64,000 nucleotides of DNA from an uncultured Bacilli bacterium (GTDB lineage Bacteria; Bacillota_I; Bacilli_A; ML615J-28; CAG-313). Positions 1 through 8,805 of this stretch are shown in pieces. Within the stretch, counting starts at the first letter, position 1. Every line of letters begins with the position of its first letter. The stretch spans positions 211,515-275,514 of the forward strand of contig CAKPBI010000001.1 in assembly GCA_934140285.1 (NCBI GenBank), read 5' to 3'. The notes under the pieces were generated by a model. It did no database searches and had not been told where the DNA came from. It saw only the letters and a program-made list of their open reading frames with translations. A program made the translations under genes and the position numbers.

Positions 1-3000
1 TTAGGCTGGTATTTAAATGATGTTCTTGTAACAACAATTAACAAAGAACAAAAAGGTGATGTTGAACTAGTCGCAAAATGGGAATATATTAAAAAATCAT
101 ATAATATTACCTACGTGCTTGATGGAGGAACAAATAGTGAGTTAAATCCATCTACATACTTAGAAGGTGAGACTGTAACTTTACATGAAGCCACAAAAGA
201 AGGATATGATTTTTTAGGTTGGTATTTAAATGATGTTCTTGTAACCACAATTGATAGTACACAGAAAGGTGATATTGAACTTACCGCAAAATTTAAGGAA
301 AAAGAAAATATCGAACTAACATATGAGTTAAATGGAGGAACATTTGAATGGACTGTTGGCGATGTAACTAATCCAAAAGGTGGAATAGCTGCAGTATCAA
401 ATCTTCCAGCAATCTTTATGCAAGATTTCTATTATTACTTAAAGACAAATAAACTACTTGAATCAGATAAAGTCGCTAAATCATTATCACAAAAAGGCTT
501 TTTATGGAGTGGTTTCAGTGCAGACTACACTGATCCTAAGGCATTATATAACTGGACATCTACAACTTATTATAGTGCTACAGATGGTTACTCTCAATTA
601 TTCTGGGATAGTCTTTCTAACAACTTACCTGTGGGAGGTTTCTTTGGTACATCTCCATATAAAGAAAAATATGCAACCCTTCATTCATTAGTATTAGCTT
701 TAACAACTATTAAATATAGTGATTTAGATATTACATCAGCCAATGGCAAGTCAGGATTTGCTTTTGTCTTAGATGGATATTTCTATGGAACCCAAGGTTT
801 AATGAGTAGTGGAAATAATAAAGATATATTTAATCAATTAAGAGGTTTAATCCCTACTATGGAAACTGGATATATTGATCCTACTAAATCATTAACAGAA
901 ATTAAAAAATATCAATATCAAGAAATAATTACTAGTGCTCCTTATGGAACAAAAATTAATTTAGTTCTTCCAACTCGTGAAGGATATGCATTTATGGGAT
1001 GGTATGATAATGCATTATTAACAGGAACTCCATTAACATCTGTATCTAATAATGCAACTGTTTATGCTAAATGGTTTGATTTAAATGCTCCGCTACCTAC
1101 TCATAACATTAGTTATGTTTTAGATGATGGTGCAGTAGAAGATGCTCCAACATCGTATATTGAAGGTATTGGAATTGAAACATTACCGACTCCAAGTAAA
1201 GCTGGGTATGATTTTTTAGGTTGGACAAAGGTAAAGGGTTCAACTGATTATGTCACTTCAATTTCTAAATATGATGATGAAGATATAACATTATATGCTA
1301 ATTTCAAAGAAGTATCCGATCTTGAAATTACATATATATATGAAGAAGGTGATACACCAACTCATAAAGCTACATCACTTGCAGAATTCGCAGAAACATT
1401 CTGGGAAGAATTCTATATTTGGAGTAAACAAACAACGGGAATTGAAGCATTTAAAACAACAGTTTTAAATTCTTGGAAATCCAATAAGGCGGGCTCATTT
1501 AAATTATATAAGGGTAATGCTAAAAATCAAATTGACAATGATTATTTTGTAAATACTAAAGGTAATGATTTATGGATGGCATGGTTCAATATCTTTGATT
1601 CTCAAGTTACATCAATAAACTCTGCACAATCAGCATGGGCATCAACTTGGGTTGGTTACATTCGTTTATATGAAGTATTCATGCAAACTAAGAGTTATTG
1701 GACTGAAGAAAGAACTAGAGCAGTTTATGAAGGTTATCCAATTCATGAAAAACTAGTAAAAAGATTTAAACCAGGTGATGAAATTACTTTAGTTGAACTT
1801 GTAGTTGAAGATGGTCGCACTTTCCTTGGTTGGTATGACAATGAAGGAAATAAGGTAGAAACAACTAAAGGACTTACAAAAAATATTACTTTAACTGCTC
1901 GTTGGAGTGCAAGTACTCCGGTTGAGAAATTTGAAGTTACTAATAAAATCAGCAAATTATTAAGACTTACTTCACATCAATTAACTTGGGAATTTACTCC
2001 AGAAAATGCAACAAATAAAAAAGTAAAATTTGTATCAAGTAATCCAGATGTAATTTCTATTGATGAAAATGGATTGATGTATGGTATAAAAGATGGAACT
2101 TCAACAATTACCGTTGAAGTATTAGATAATAGTGAATTCAATGTAAGTTTTGAAGTAACAGTATATGTAGATCCGTTTATTGATTCAACTTTCGAAGGCA
2201 ATACATGGATATCAGCTGGTGAAAAAACGCAAATTAAATCAGTAATTAGAAGTGGAAATGGAACAATAAAATATAAATCTCTTGATCCAGAGTATGCGAC
2301 TGTTGATGAATTTGGTAAAGTAACTGGCGTAAAGACAGGATATGCTCAAATCCTTGCTTATCTAGAAGAAGATGAATCAGTTAATTTGACTCTTGGTGTA
2401 ACAATTGTCGAAGCAGGAATGGAAAACATTTTTGATATTATTAGAAAAGCTCATAATACAGAAATTCATGTTATGAGAAATCTTAAAGTTGCTTATGCCT
2501 ATGATACAGATGTATACAACAGCGTATCTGATTTATTATTTAACTATGACTATAAAGTTGATGAATCATTAATAATTCCAACATCGCATGAAAATCGTCC
2601 AGGAACAAAAATCACTACAATGGAATTCATTACTGTTCATTATACCGCTGGTACTCCAGCATCATCAAATGCTAAGGCCACTGCAAATTACTTTAATAAT
2701 ACAACTGCTGCTTCAGCAAACTATTGTACTGGTAATGATGGTATATATATGTGTATTCCTGATGGTGAGGTTGCATGGCATGCTGGAGATGGAACATCAA
2801 CTAAGTTCTATTGGACAAATACAGGTGTAAAAGCAACTGCAAATGTAAAACCAGTATGGGGTGTTCAAACTAATAGTGCATCATCAACAGGTTATTACTT
2901 TACATTAAATGGACAAGCTACAACAATTGAAGTACCAACAACTGGTAAAACAAGTTCAGGTACAATTAAAACAATGACTGATCCTTCTAAATGTTTTACT

Positions 3001-3543
3001 TTTTATGGACCAGCATGGAAGGTTGTAAATGGTTATTATTACATGGGTAACACATGGGCTTGCTTTACTCAAACTCTAGCTGGTGCAATCTCAAGTAGAG
3101 GTGGAAACTTAAATAGTGTTGGTATTGAAACTGCATGTAACTATGGTAGTGACTTATGGTATACTTATCAAATAACAGCTCAACTTGTAGCAAGACTACT
3201 TGATAAATATAACCTAGATACAACAAGAGTAGTAGGACATAATATGTTCTCAGGAAAAGATTGTCCTCAAACATTACTTGCTAATGATGGTGAATTATGG
3301 TATCCATTTATGGAATGCGTAGAAGCCGAATATGCTTTATATGAATTAAAACTTGGCGATAAATATACAATTTCTTGTAAATCAAATACTCCAGAATTAG
3401 TTCAAGATAATGGCAGATTAATAAAAGTTCCTAATTATACACAAACTGCAAGTTATACGGTAACTGTAAAGAATAATGAAACAGGTGAAACAAAATCAGA
3501 AACTTACTCAACAATTATCCATGGAACATATACTGAAAAATAA
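1..3543 (+). CDS. Large secreted surface protein, 5'-partial (reading frame is open to nt 1; the track start at 115 is an internal GTG). Contains LB (Flg_new) repeats, two Big_2 Ig-like domains and a C-terminal N-acetylmuramoyl-L-alanine amidase (amidase_2/PGRP-like) domain
   Basis: Frame 1 upstream of 115 encodes a further LB repeat (LGWYLNDVLVTTINKEQKGDVELVAKW). Recurring GY-F-GW..LYA-W units are present. Big_2-like segment KFVSSNPDVISIDENG..GTSTITVEVL. Amidase_2 signature ITVHYTAG..AWHAGDG..VGIE..GHN..GKDCPQ. Confidence 0.8.
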   Translation, partial: LGWYLNDVLVTTINKEQKGDVELVAKWEYIKKSYNITYVLDGGTNSELNPSTYLEGETVTLHEATKEGYDFLGWYLNDVLVTTIDSTQKGDIELTAKFKEKENIELTYELNGGTFEWTVGDVTNPKGGIAAVSNLPAIFMQDFYYYLKTNKLLESDKVAKSLSQKGFLWSGFSADYTDPKALYNWTSTTYYSATDGYSQLFWDSLSNNLPVGGFFGTSPYKEKYATLHSLVLALTTIKYSDLDITSANGKSGFAFVLDGYFYGTQGLMSSGNNKDIFNQLRGLIPTMETGYIDPTKSLTEIKKYQYQEIITSAPYGTKINLVLPTREGYAFMGWYDNALLTGTPLTSVSNNATVYAKWFDLNAPLPTHNISYVLDDGAVEDAPTSYIEGIGIETLPTPSKAGYDFLGWTKVKGSTDYVTSISKYDDEDITLYANFKEVSDLEITYIYEEGDTPTHKATSLAEFAETFWEEFYIWSKQTTGIEAFKTTVLNSWKSNKAGSFKLYKGNAKNQIDNDYFVNTKGNDLWMAWFNIFDSQVTSINSAQSAWASTWVGYIRLYEVFMQTKSYWTEERTRAVYEGYPIHEKLVKRFKPGDEITLVELVVEDGRTFLGWYDNEGNKVETTKGLTKNITLTARWSASTPVEKFEVTNKISKLLRLTSHQLTWEFTPENATNKKVKFVSSNPDVISIDENGLMYGIKDGTSTITVEVLDNSEFNVSFEVTVYVDPFIDSTFEGNTWISAGEKTQIKSVIRSGNGTIKYKSLDPEYATVDEFGKVTGVKTGYAQILAYLEEDESVNLTLGVTIVEAGMENIFDIIRKAHNTEIHVMRNLKVAYAYDTDVYNSVSDLLFNYDYKVDESLIIPTSHENRPGTKITTMEFITVHYTAGTPASSNAKATANYFNNTTAASANYCTGNDGIYMCIPDGEVAWHAGDGTSTKFYWTNTGVKATANVKPVWGVQTNSASSTGYYFTLNGQATTIEVPTTGKTSSGTIKTMTDPSKCFTFYGPAWKVVNGYYYMGNTWACFTQTLAGAISSRGGNLNSVGIETACNYGSDLWYTYQITAQLVARLLDKYNLDTTRVVGHNMFSGKDCPQTLLANDGELWYPFMECVEAEYALYELKLGDKYTISCKSNTPELVQDNGRLIKVPNYTQTASYTVTVKNNETGETKSETYSTIIHGTYTEK
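2600..3290 (+). other. amidase_2 (MurNAc-L-Ala amidase) domain of the partial surface protein, with an inserted subdomain of about 100 aa between the AWHAGDG and GIE segments
   Basis: Motifs are visible in translation; the insertion is TKFYWTNTGVKATANVKPVWGV..GPAWKVVNGYYYMG. Confidence 0.65.
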
Positions 3544-3556
3544 TTAAATCAACAAA

Positions 3557-3593
3557 AGAATTAGCCATTAATTTTGGTTAATTCTTTTTTTTA
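3557..3593 (+). terminator. Rho-independent terminator after the surface-protein gene
   Basis: Hairpin AGAATTAGCCA-ttaattt-TGGTTAATTCT followed by T8. Confidence 0.75.
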
Positions 3594-3680
3594 TAATTAT
3601 AAATATATATTTTTGCAATTTTAATGAAAAAAACCCTAATTTATGCTATCATATATCTAATGTTATTAGGTAGGTAAAAT

Positions 3681-4022
3681 ATGAAATATTCAAGTGAAAT
3701 GTTAAGAGGAAATACAGAAACAATCATTCTAGCAATATTAATTAATAGTGATAGCTATGGATATGCAGTTTTAAAAAGAATAAATGAACGTGGTGGTGGT
3801 ATCTTTGATTTAAAAGATGCTACAATTTATACTACTATCAAAAGAATGGAAAACGATGGCTTAATTACTACATATTGGGGAGAAGAAAATACTGGTGCTC
3901 GCCGTAAATACTATCATATAACAGAACGTGGTAAAGAATATTACCAACAAAAAATAAAAGAATGGAAAGAAGTAAACCATATATTAAATAACTTAATTTT
4001 AGGTGGTGATGATAATGAGTGA
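3681..4022 (+). CDS. PadR-family transcriptional regulator
   Basis: Winged-helix PadR pattern (GYAVLKRI..TIYTTIKRMENDGLI..YYHITERG); good RBS (AGGTAGGT). Confidence 0.8.
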   Translation: MKYSSEMLRGNTETIILAILINSDSYGYAVLKRINERGGGIFDLKDATIYTTIKRMENDGLITTYWGEENTGARRKYYHITERGKEYYQQKIKEWKEVNHILNNLILGGDDNE

Positions 4023-4806
4023 TCCTCGCACAATAAATCGTATTAAAAGAGTAATTGAGAGAAAATTTTCATATTATCCTAAAACAAAAGAAGTGCTTGA
4101 CTTAAAGGAAGAATTACTATCAATAGTTTTAGATAAATATAATGATTTAGAAACAGGAACAGAAAATCAAAAATATAAAGAATGTATGGCTGTTATGATG
4201 TCATCATATAAACAAGTTCTTCATGATTTAGAAGTTGAGTCAAGTAAAAAAATCTTAAAAGATAAGTTGATGGGATTTAGTATTTTTGGAACTATATATT
4301 TTTTAATAATAATTCTTATATATATGATTGTTAGTAAATTTGTTGTAGGAAGCTTTAAGAAGACATATTTCATAGTTTTAGCTCCATCAATTATTTTCTT
4401 ATGGATTACAGCTTTATTTACCTTTACATATTGTAAGAAAATGAACTTCAAAATCCTAACAAGAGTATTTTTAGGACTATCATTTTTGACTTTTGCAGTT
4501 GCTTTATATACTGTACCTAGTCTTTATTGTTCAATATATAAGAACATAAAAATTTGGCATCCTGCTTGGTTAGTGATATTTGTTGTAGGAAGTTGCTATG
4601 TATTTGTTGACAGCTTTTTATATCCAAATAAAAAGCCATATACAAGATTAATTAGAAATTGTTTAAATCTACTTGCCTTATTTACAACTATCTATTTGAT
4701 TGTTTCAATTATTACTGGATATTGGTATGTAACTTGGTTAACCTTTGTCTTATGGTTAATTGGTTGTGAAATTAATGTGTTTTTATTTTTTAAACGTCAA
4801 ATCTAG
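4003..4806 (+). CDS. PadR-associated polytopic membrane protein (DUF1700-like)
   Basis: Overlaps the PadR stop. Soluble N-terminal part followed by 5-6 hydrophobic helices. The pairing with PadR is conserved in Firmicutes. Confidence 0.55.
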   Translation: MVMIMSDPRTINRIKRVIERKFSYYPKTKEVLDLKEELLSIVLDKYNDLETGTENQKYKECMAVMMSSYKQVLHDLEVESSKKILKDKLMGFSIFGTIYFLIIILIYMIVSKFVVGSFKKTYFIVLAPSIIFLWITALFTFTYCKKMNFKILTRVFLGLSFLTFAVALYTVPSLYCSIYKNIKIWHPAWLVIFVVGSCYVFVDSFLYPNKKPYTRLIRNCLNLLALFTTIYLIVSIITGYWYVTWLTFVLWLIGCEINVFLFFKRQI

Positions 4807-4813
4807 GTGAAAT

Positions 4814-5563
4814 ATGAAAATTATACAATCTATTCAAAATGAAACAATAAAACTAGTTGATAAATTACATGATAAAAAAGTAAGAACAAGTAAACAAAAA
4901 TTTATTGTTGAAGGTTATCATCTTGTAGAAGAAGCTTATAAACATAATCAACTAGATAGTATTTTTACAATAAATGAAGAAGACTTTAATAAATTTAAAA
5001 ATTGTGAACAATATTTAGTTACAGAACAAATCATAAAAAAACTATCAACAACTATTAATCCTCAAGGAATCATTGGAGTGGTAAAAATGCAAGAAAGTTT
5101 ACCCCTAGATTTAAATAAAGAAACAATTAAAATTGTTCTTTTAGATAATGTCAATGATCCAGGTAATTTAGGATCAATTGTACGTACAGCTGCTGCTCTT
5201 GGATATGATGCTATATATATGTCAAGTGATACAGTTGATATATATAATGAAAAAACCATAAGAGCTACCCAAGGTTCAATTTTTAAAATTCCTTTTTATT
5301 ATGGTAACTTGGAAACTTTAATTTCTAAATTAAAAAAGAATGGAATAATATGTTTTGGTACAACTCTTGAGAATTCAGTAAATCTAGAAAATGTTAAACA
5401 TTGTAAGAGATATGCTGTATGCTTTGGAAATGAAGCAAGAGGAATGAATGAGGATACAATCAAACTAATGGATAAAAATATTAAAATAGAAATGCAAAAT
5501 GATGTGGAATCACTTAATGTCTTAGCCGCATCTTCCATCGTTTTATATGAACTAAAAAAATAA
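4814..5563 (+). CDS. TrmH/SpoU-family RNA 2'-O-methyltransferase
   Basis: SpoU motifs LLDNVNDPGNLGSIVRTAAALG and ATQGSIFKIP. Confidence 0.8.
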   Translation: MKIIQSIQNETIKLVDKLHDKKVRTSKQKFIVEGYHLVEEAYKHNQLDSIFTINEEDFNKFKNCEQYLVTEQIIKKLSTTINPQGIIGVVKMQESLPLDLNKETIKIVLLDNVNDPGNLGSIVRTAAALGYDAIYMSSDTVDIYNEKTIRATQGSIFKIPFYYGNLETLISKLKKNGIICFGTTLENSVNLENVKHCKRYAVCFGNEARGMNEDTIKLMDKNIKIEMQNDVESLNVLAASSIVLYELKK

Positions 5564-5576
5564 AGGAGGGGAAAAA

Positions 5577-6848
5577 ATGAGTGAAAAATGGTATAAACTT
5601 GATAATGCTGCTAAAATCTTTCCAGCAATCTCCCATAATGATTCAAGTAATTATTTTAGATTATCTGCAGTATTAAAAGAAGAAGTTAAGCCAGAACTTT
5701 TAAAAGAGGCTGTCCATACTGCTTTAACTCGTTTTCCAATGTATTCAGTAAGATTAAAAAGGGGAATATTTTGGTATTACTTTGAGCATAATGATTTACA
5801 ACCATTAATAAGGGTAGAATCACCACAATTGTTTGATACTATTAATACAGATGAACACAATAAATTTATGTTTTGTATTGAATATAGTAAAAGAAGAATT
5901 TCACTTGAAATGTTTCACGCTTTAAGTGATGGTAATGGGGGAATTGAATTCTTTAAAACAATTATCTTCTATTATTTACAATTAGATAATAAAGAAGTAA
6001 TAAATGATGGTTCTATTATGACAACAGAATATGAACAATTATCTGATGAAGGTCAAGATAGTTTTGTCTATAATTACAATGCAAAAATAAAAACAATCAG
6101 TAAGGAAGTAAAAGCTTACAAAATTAAAGGAACTAAATATCAAGATAACTGGGTTGGTGTAATTCATGTTATGATGGATATCAAAAGTTTAAAAGAAATT
6201 GTGAATAAATTGCAAGTAACAGTAACAGAATATTTAGGAAGTGTGTTATTGTATGAAATATTACAAACTTATGATGATCCTAAAAAACGACCAATTACCC
6301 TTTTTACTCCCGTTAACGCAAGAAAATATTTTGGTAGTAAGAGTCTAAGAAACTTTATGCTATACATTAGAACATCACTCCAAATGAATCAAAACCAAGA
6401 TTATACCTTTGATGATGTTTTAAATATAACTAAAAAGAGTTTTGAAGAAAACCTAACAAAAGACCATTTAACTTCTAGACTTGTTTCTAATGTTAAGATA
6501 GAGAAAAACATTTTCATTAGAATACTACCTTTGTTTATAAAAAAGATAGCTTTAAATTTAAGTTATAAATCTTATGGAAGTGATTTAAATACAATCAGCT
6601 TTTCCAATCTTGGAATTATAAAAGTACCTAATGACTTTTATAAATATGTTGACAATATGTATTTTATGATTGGTGCAAATAGTGATGGACCAACTAATCT
6701 TTCAGCATCAACATATAATGATAAAATCACTTTAACATTTACTTCAAGAATATTTGAACGTACACTTCAAAAAAACTTTGTACGTCACTTAGTTAATGAT
6801 GGACTCCAAATAACAGTTCAATCAAATGATTTGGAGGTGGATTCATGA
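5577..6848 (+). CDS. Condensation/CAT-like CoA-dependent acyltransferase-superfamily protein (HxxxDG motif), function unknown
   Basis: Motif FHALSDGNGG at about residue 113; N-terminal WYKLDNAAKIF resembles the acceptor-binding start of C-domain/PapA5-like proteins; RBS AGGAGGGG. Confidence 0.5.
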   Translation: MSEKWYKLDNAAKIFPAISHNDSSNYFRLSAVLKEEVKPELLKEAVHTALTRFPMYSVRLKRGIFWYYFEHNDLQPLIRVESPQLFDTINTDEHNKFMFCIEYSKRRISLEMFHALSDGNGGIEFFKTIIFYYLQLDNKEVINDGSIMTTEYEQLSDEGQDSFVYNYNAKIKTISKEVKAYKIKGTKYQDNWVGVIHVMMDIKSLKEIVNKLQVTVTEYLGSVLLYEILQTYDDPKKRPITLFTPVNARKYFGSKSLRNFMLYIRTSLQMNQNQDYTFDDVLNITKKSFEENLTKDHLTSRLVSNVKIEKNIFIRILPLFIKKIALNLSYKSYGSDLNTISFSNLGIIKVPNDFYKYVDNMYFMIGANSDGPTNLSASTYNDKITLTFTSRIFERTLQKNFVRHLVNDGLQITVQSNDLEVDS

Positions 6849-7543
6849 AACATTGTAATAAATGTAACATAGATGTTGATACTACTAGAATGACATGTCC
6901 TTTATGTAGGGATGTGTTAGTGGAAAATAATAAACCTTCAACTGATTTTGAACCATATGAAGGATATAAACCAAAACCCGTAAAACTTCATATCGCAAGA
7001 AGAATTTTTATTTTCTTGTCTATTATGATATGTAGTGTTTGTGCGGTAATTAATGCTTTGACATATAAAGGAACAATATGGTCGCTTGTAGTTATTGGTG
7101 GTATCATCTATTTATGGGTATTAATTAAAGGAACAATTATTTCAAGACGTAACATTGCTTTAAAATTAGTTTTACAAGCCCTTGCGATAACAATATTACT
7201 ACTTCAAATTCAATTAATAACGCCAAATGTTCATTGGTTAACGCCCTATGCTTTACCATTTATAATGATTGGAACTATATTTTCCATTACATTGTTGATA
7301 TTTATTAAGACAATGCGTTACAAAGATTATATGTTATATTTAATCGCTGTTGCCTTGGTTGGTACTTTGCCGTTGATTCTATCATTCACTAAATCAGTTA
7401 AACCATTGTTTATTTTAAATGATAAATTAATACTATGGCCAAGTATTGCGAGTGCATTATATGCGGTATTGACAATTGTTGGAATGTTTATTTTTGGTGA
7501 TAGAGCTACCAAAGATGAATTTAAAAAAAGATTTCATATATAG
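6845..7543 (+). CDS. Zinc-ribbon (CxxC..CxxC) N-terminal domain fused to a six-helix membrane protein, function unknown
   Basis: CNKCN..CPLCRD at the N-terminus; ATGA overlap with the upstream acyltransferase indicates translational coupling. Confidence 0.5.
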   Translation: MKHCNKCNIDVDTTRMTCPLCRDVLVENNKPSTDFEPYEGYKPKPVKLHIARRIFIFLSIMICSVCAVINALTYKGTIWSLVVIGGIIYLWVLIKGTIISRRNIALKLVLQALAITILLLQIQLITPNVHWLTPYALPFIMIGTIFSITLLIFIKTMRYKDYMLYLIAVALVGTLPLILSFTKSVKPLFILNDKLILWPSIASALYAVLTIVGMFIFGDRATKDEFKKRFHI

Positions 7544-7555
7544 TGAGGTATTTGT

Positions 7556-8428
7556 ATGTATGATACAATAATTATTGGTTCAGGTCCTTCTGGAGTATCT
7601 GCTGCTGTGTATTTAAAAAGAAGTGGCTTTGATGTATTGGTTTTATCAACAAATGATAGTGCATTAAAAAAAGCAAAGATAATTGAAAATTATTATGGTT
7701 TTCCTGAAATAACAGGAAAAGAATTATATGATTTAGGAATAAAACAATTAGAACATTTGAATATTCCCTTTGATATAACAGAAGTATTAAATATTAAATC
7801 AGATTATCAAACTACACCTAAATTTACAATTGAAACTACATCAGATAGCTTTTTTGCAAAATCAATTATCCTTGCTACAGGAACCTCTAGATCTATTCCT
7901 ATGATTAGTAACATAAAAGACTATATTGATACAAATATTAGTTTTTGTGCTATTTGTGATGGCTTTTTCTACCGCAATCAAGATGTCTATGTTTTAGGCT
8001 ATGGTCCGTATGCTTTATCTGAGGCTCATGAACTTCAACATATTGCAAAAAGTGTAACCATCTTAACAAACGGAGAAACCCCAACTTTTACCCTATCTAA
8101 TGAAATAAAAGTTGAAACAAGAAAAATTAAAAAATTCTTAGGCGATAAAAAGCTTGAGGAAATAGAGTTTGAAGATGACACTAAAATTAAAGTGCCTGGA
8201 TTATTTGTCGCTTGGAAAACTCCTGGAGCATATGAGTTTTCACGTAAGGTCGGACTAGAATTTTCAGATAATCATCTTGTGGTAACTGATAAGATGGAAA
8301 CATCAGTAAAAGGAATTTTTGCTTGTGGTGATATCTTAGAACAACCATATCAAGTAAATAAAGCGGTATATGAAGGAATGATAGCCGCAACATCAATTAG
8401 TGAATATCTAAAAAGAAAACCGGATTAA
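7556..8428 (+). CDS. Thioredoxin-reductase-like flavoprotein (short form, lacks the HRRD NADPH motif)
   Basis: FAD GxGxxG motif (IIIGSGPSGVSAA), redox CAICDG, second GxGxxA motif (GYGPYA), but no HRRD following it. Confidence 0.7.
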   Translation: MYDTIIIGSGPSGVSAAVYLKRSGFDVLVLSTNDSALKKAKIIENYYGFPEITGKELYDLGIKQLEHLNIPFDITEVLNIKSDYQTTPKFTIETTSDSFFAKSIILATGTSRSIPMISNIKDYIDTNISFCAICDGFFYRNQDVYVLGYGPYALSEAHELQHIAKSVTILTNGETPTFTLSNEIKVETRKIKKFLGDKKLEEIEFEDDTKIKVPGLFVAWKTPGAYEFSRKVGLEFSDNHLVVTDKMETSVKGIFACGDILEQPYQVNKAVYEGMIAATSISEYLKRKPD

Positions 8429-8453
8429 CTTTTACGCTAATCCGGTTATTTTT
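8418..8453. terminator. Bidirectional terminator between trxB-like (+) and trxA (-)
   Basis: AACCGGATTA-N10-TAATCCGGTT followed by ATTTTT. Confidence 0.7.
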
Positions 8454-8769
8454 ACATATATTTTTTTAAAACATCAAGGACTTTTTCTTTTGATTGAAAT
8501 CCAACAAAATTATCAATCTTTTTACCATCTTTAAAGACAATAACATGAGGAATGCTGAAAATACCATATTCACGGCATAACTCTTGAGCATCATCAACAT
8601 TGACTTTTACAATCTTAATGTTTTGATGTTCTTCAGCAATTTCTTCAAGCACAGGTCCTAACATTTGGCATGGTCCACACCAATCTGCATAGAAATCAAC
8701 AACAACAGGTGTTGCACTGTTTAATACTTCTTGGTTAAATTCATCTTGTTTAATGTGTTGTAGTTTCAT
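8452..8769 (-). CDS. trxA: Thioredoxin
   Basis: WCGPCQ active site; 105 aa. Confidence 0.9.
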   Translation of the reverse strand: MKLQHIKQDEFNQEVLNSATPVVVDFYADWCGPCQMLGPVLEEIAEEHQNIKIVKVNVDDAQELCREYGIFSIPHVIVFKDGKKIDNFVGFQSKEKVLDVLKKYM

Positions 8770-8805
8770 ATTCCCTCCATTTATAATTATATTATATCCA
8801 TTTTA

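Noticed and set aside
458-691. Short ORFs on alternative frames or strands inside large genes (e.g. 458-691, 1743-1955, 35588-35836, 37736-37933, 39068-39307, 53532-53741, 57824-58027)
   Set aside because: They are fully embedded in well-supported long CDSs, have no RBS, and show low-complexity composition typical of AT-rich off-frame translation.
3600-3680. Candidate promoter for the PadR gene (TTGCAA ... TATCAT)
   Set aside because: The spacing is 18-19 nt and the -10 is poor, so it is not convincing enough to list.
3955-4025. Apparent 1-nt frame inconsistency at the PadR C-terminus when hand-translating
   Set aside because: The ORF track shows a continuous 113-aa PadR ORF, and downstream coordinates re-synchronise. 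Most likely this is my own indexing error rather than a real frameshift, so no pseudogene was called.
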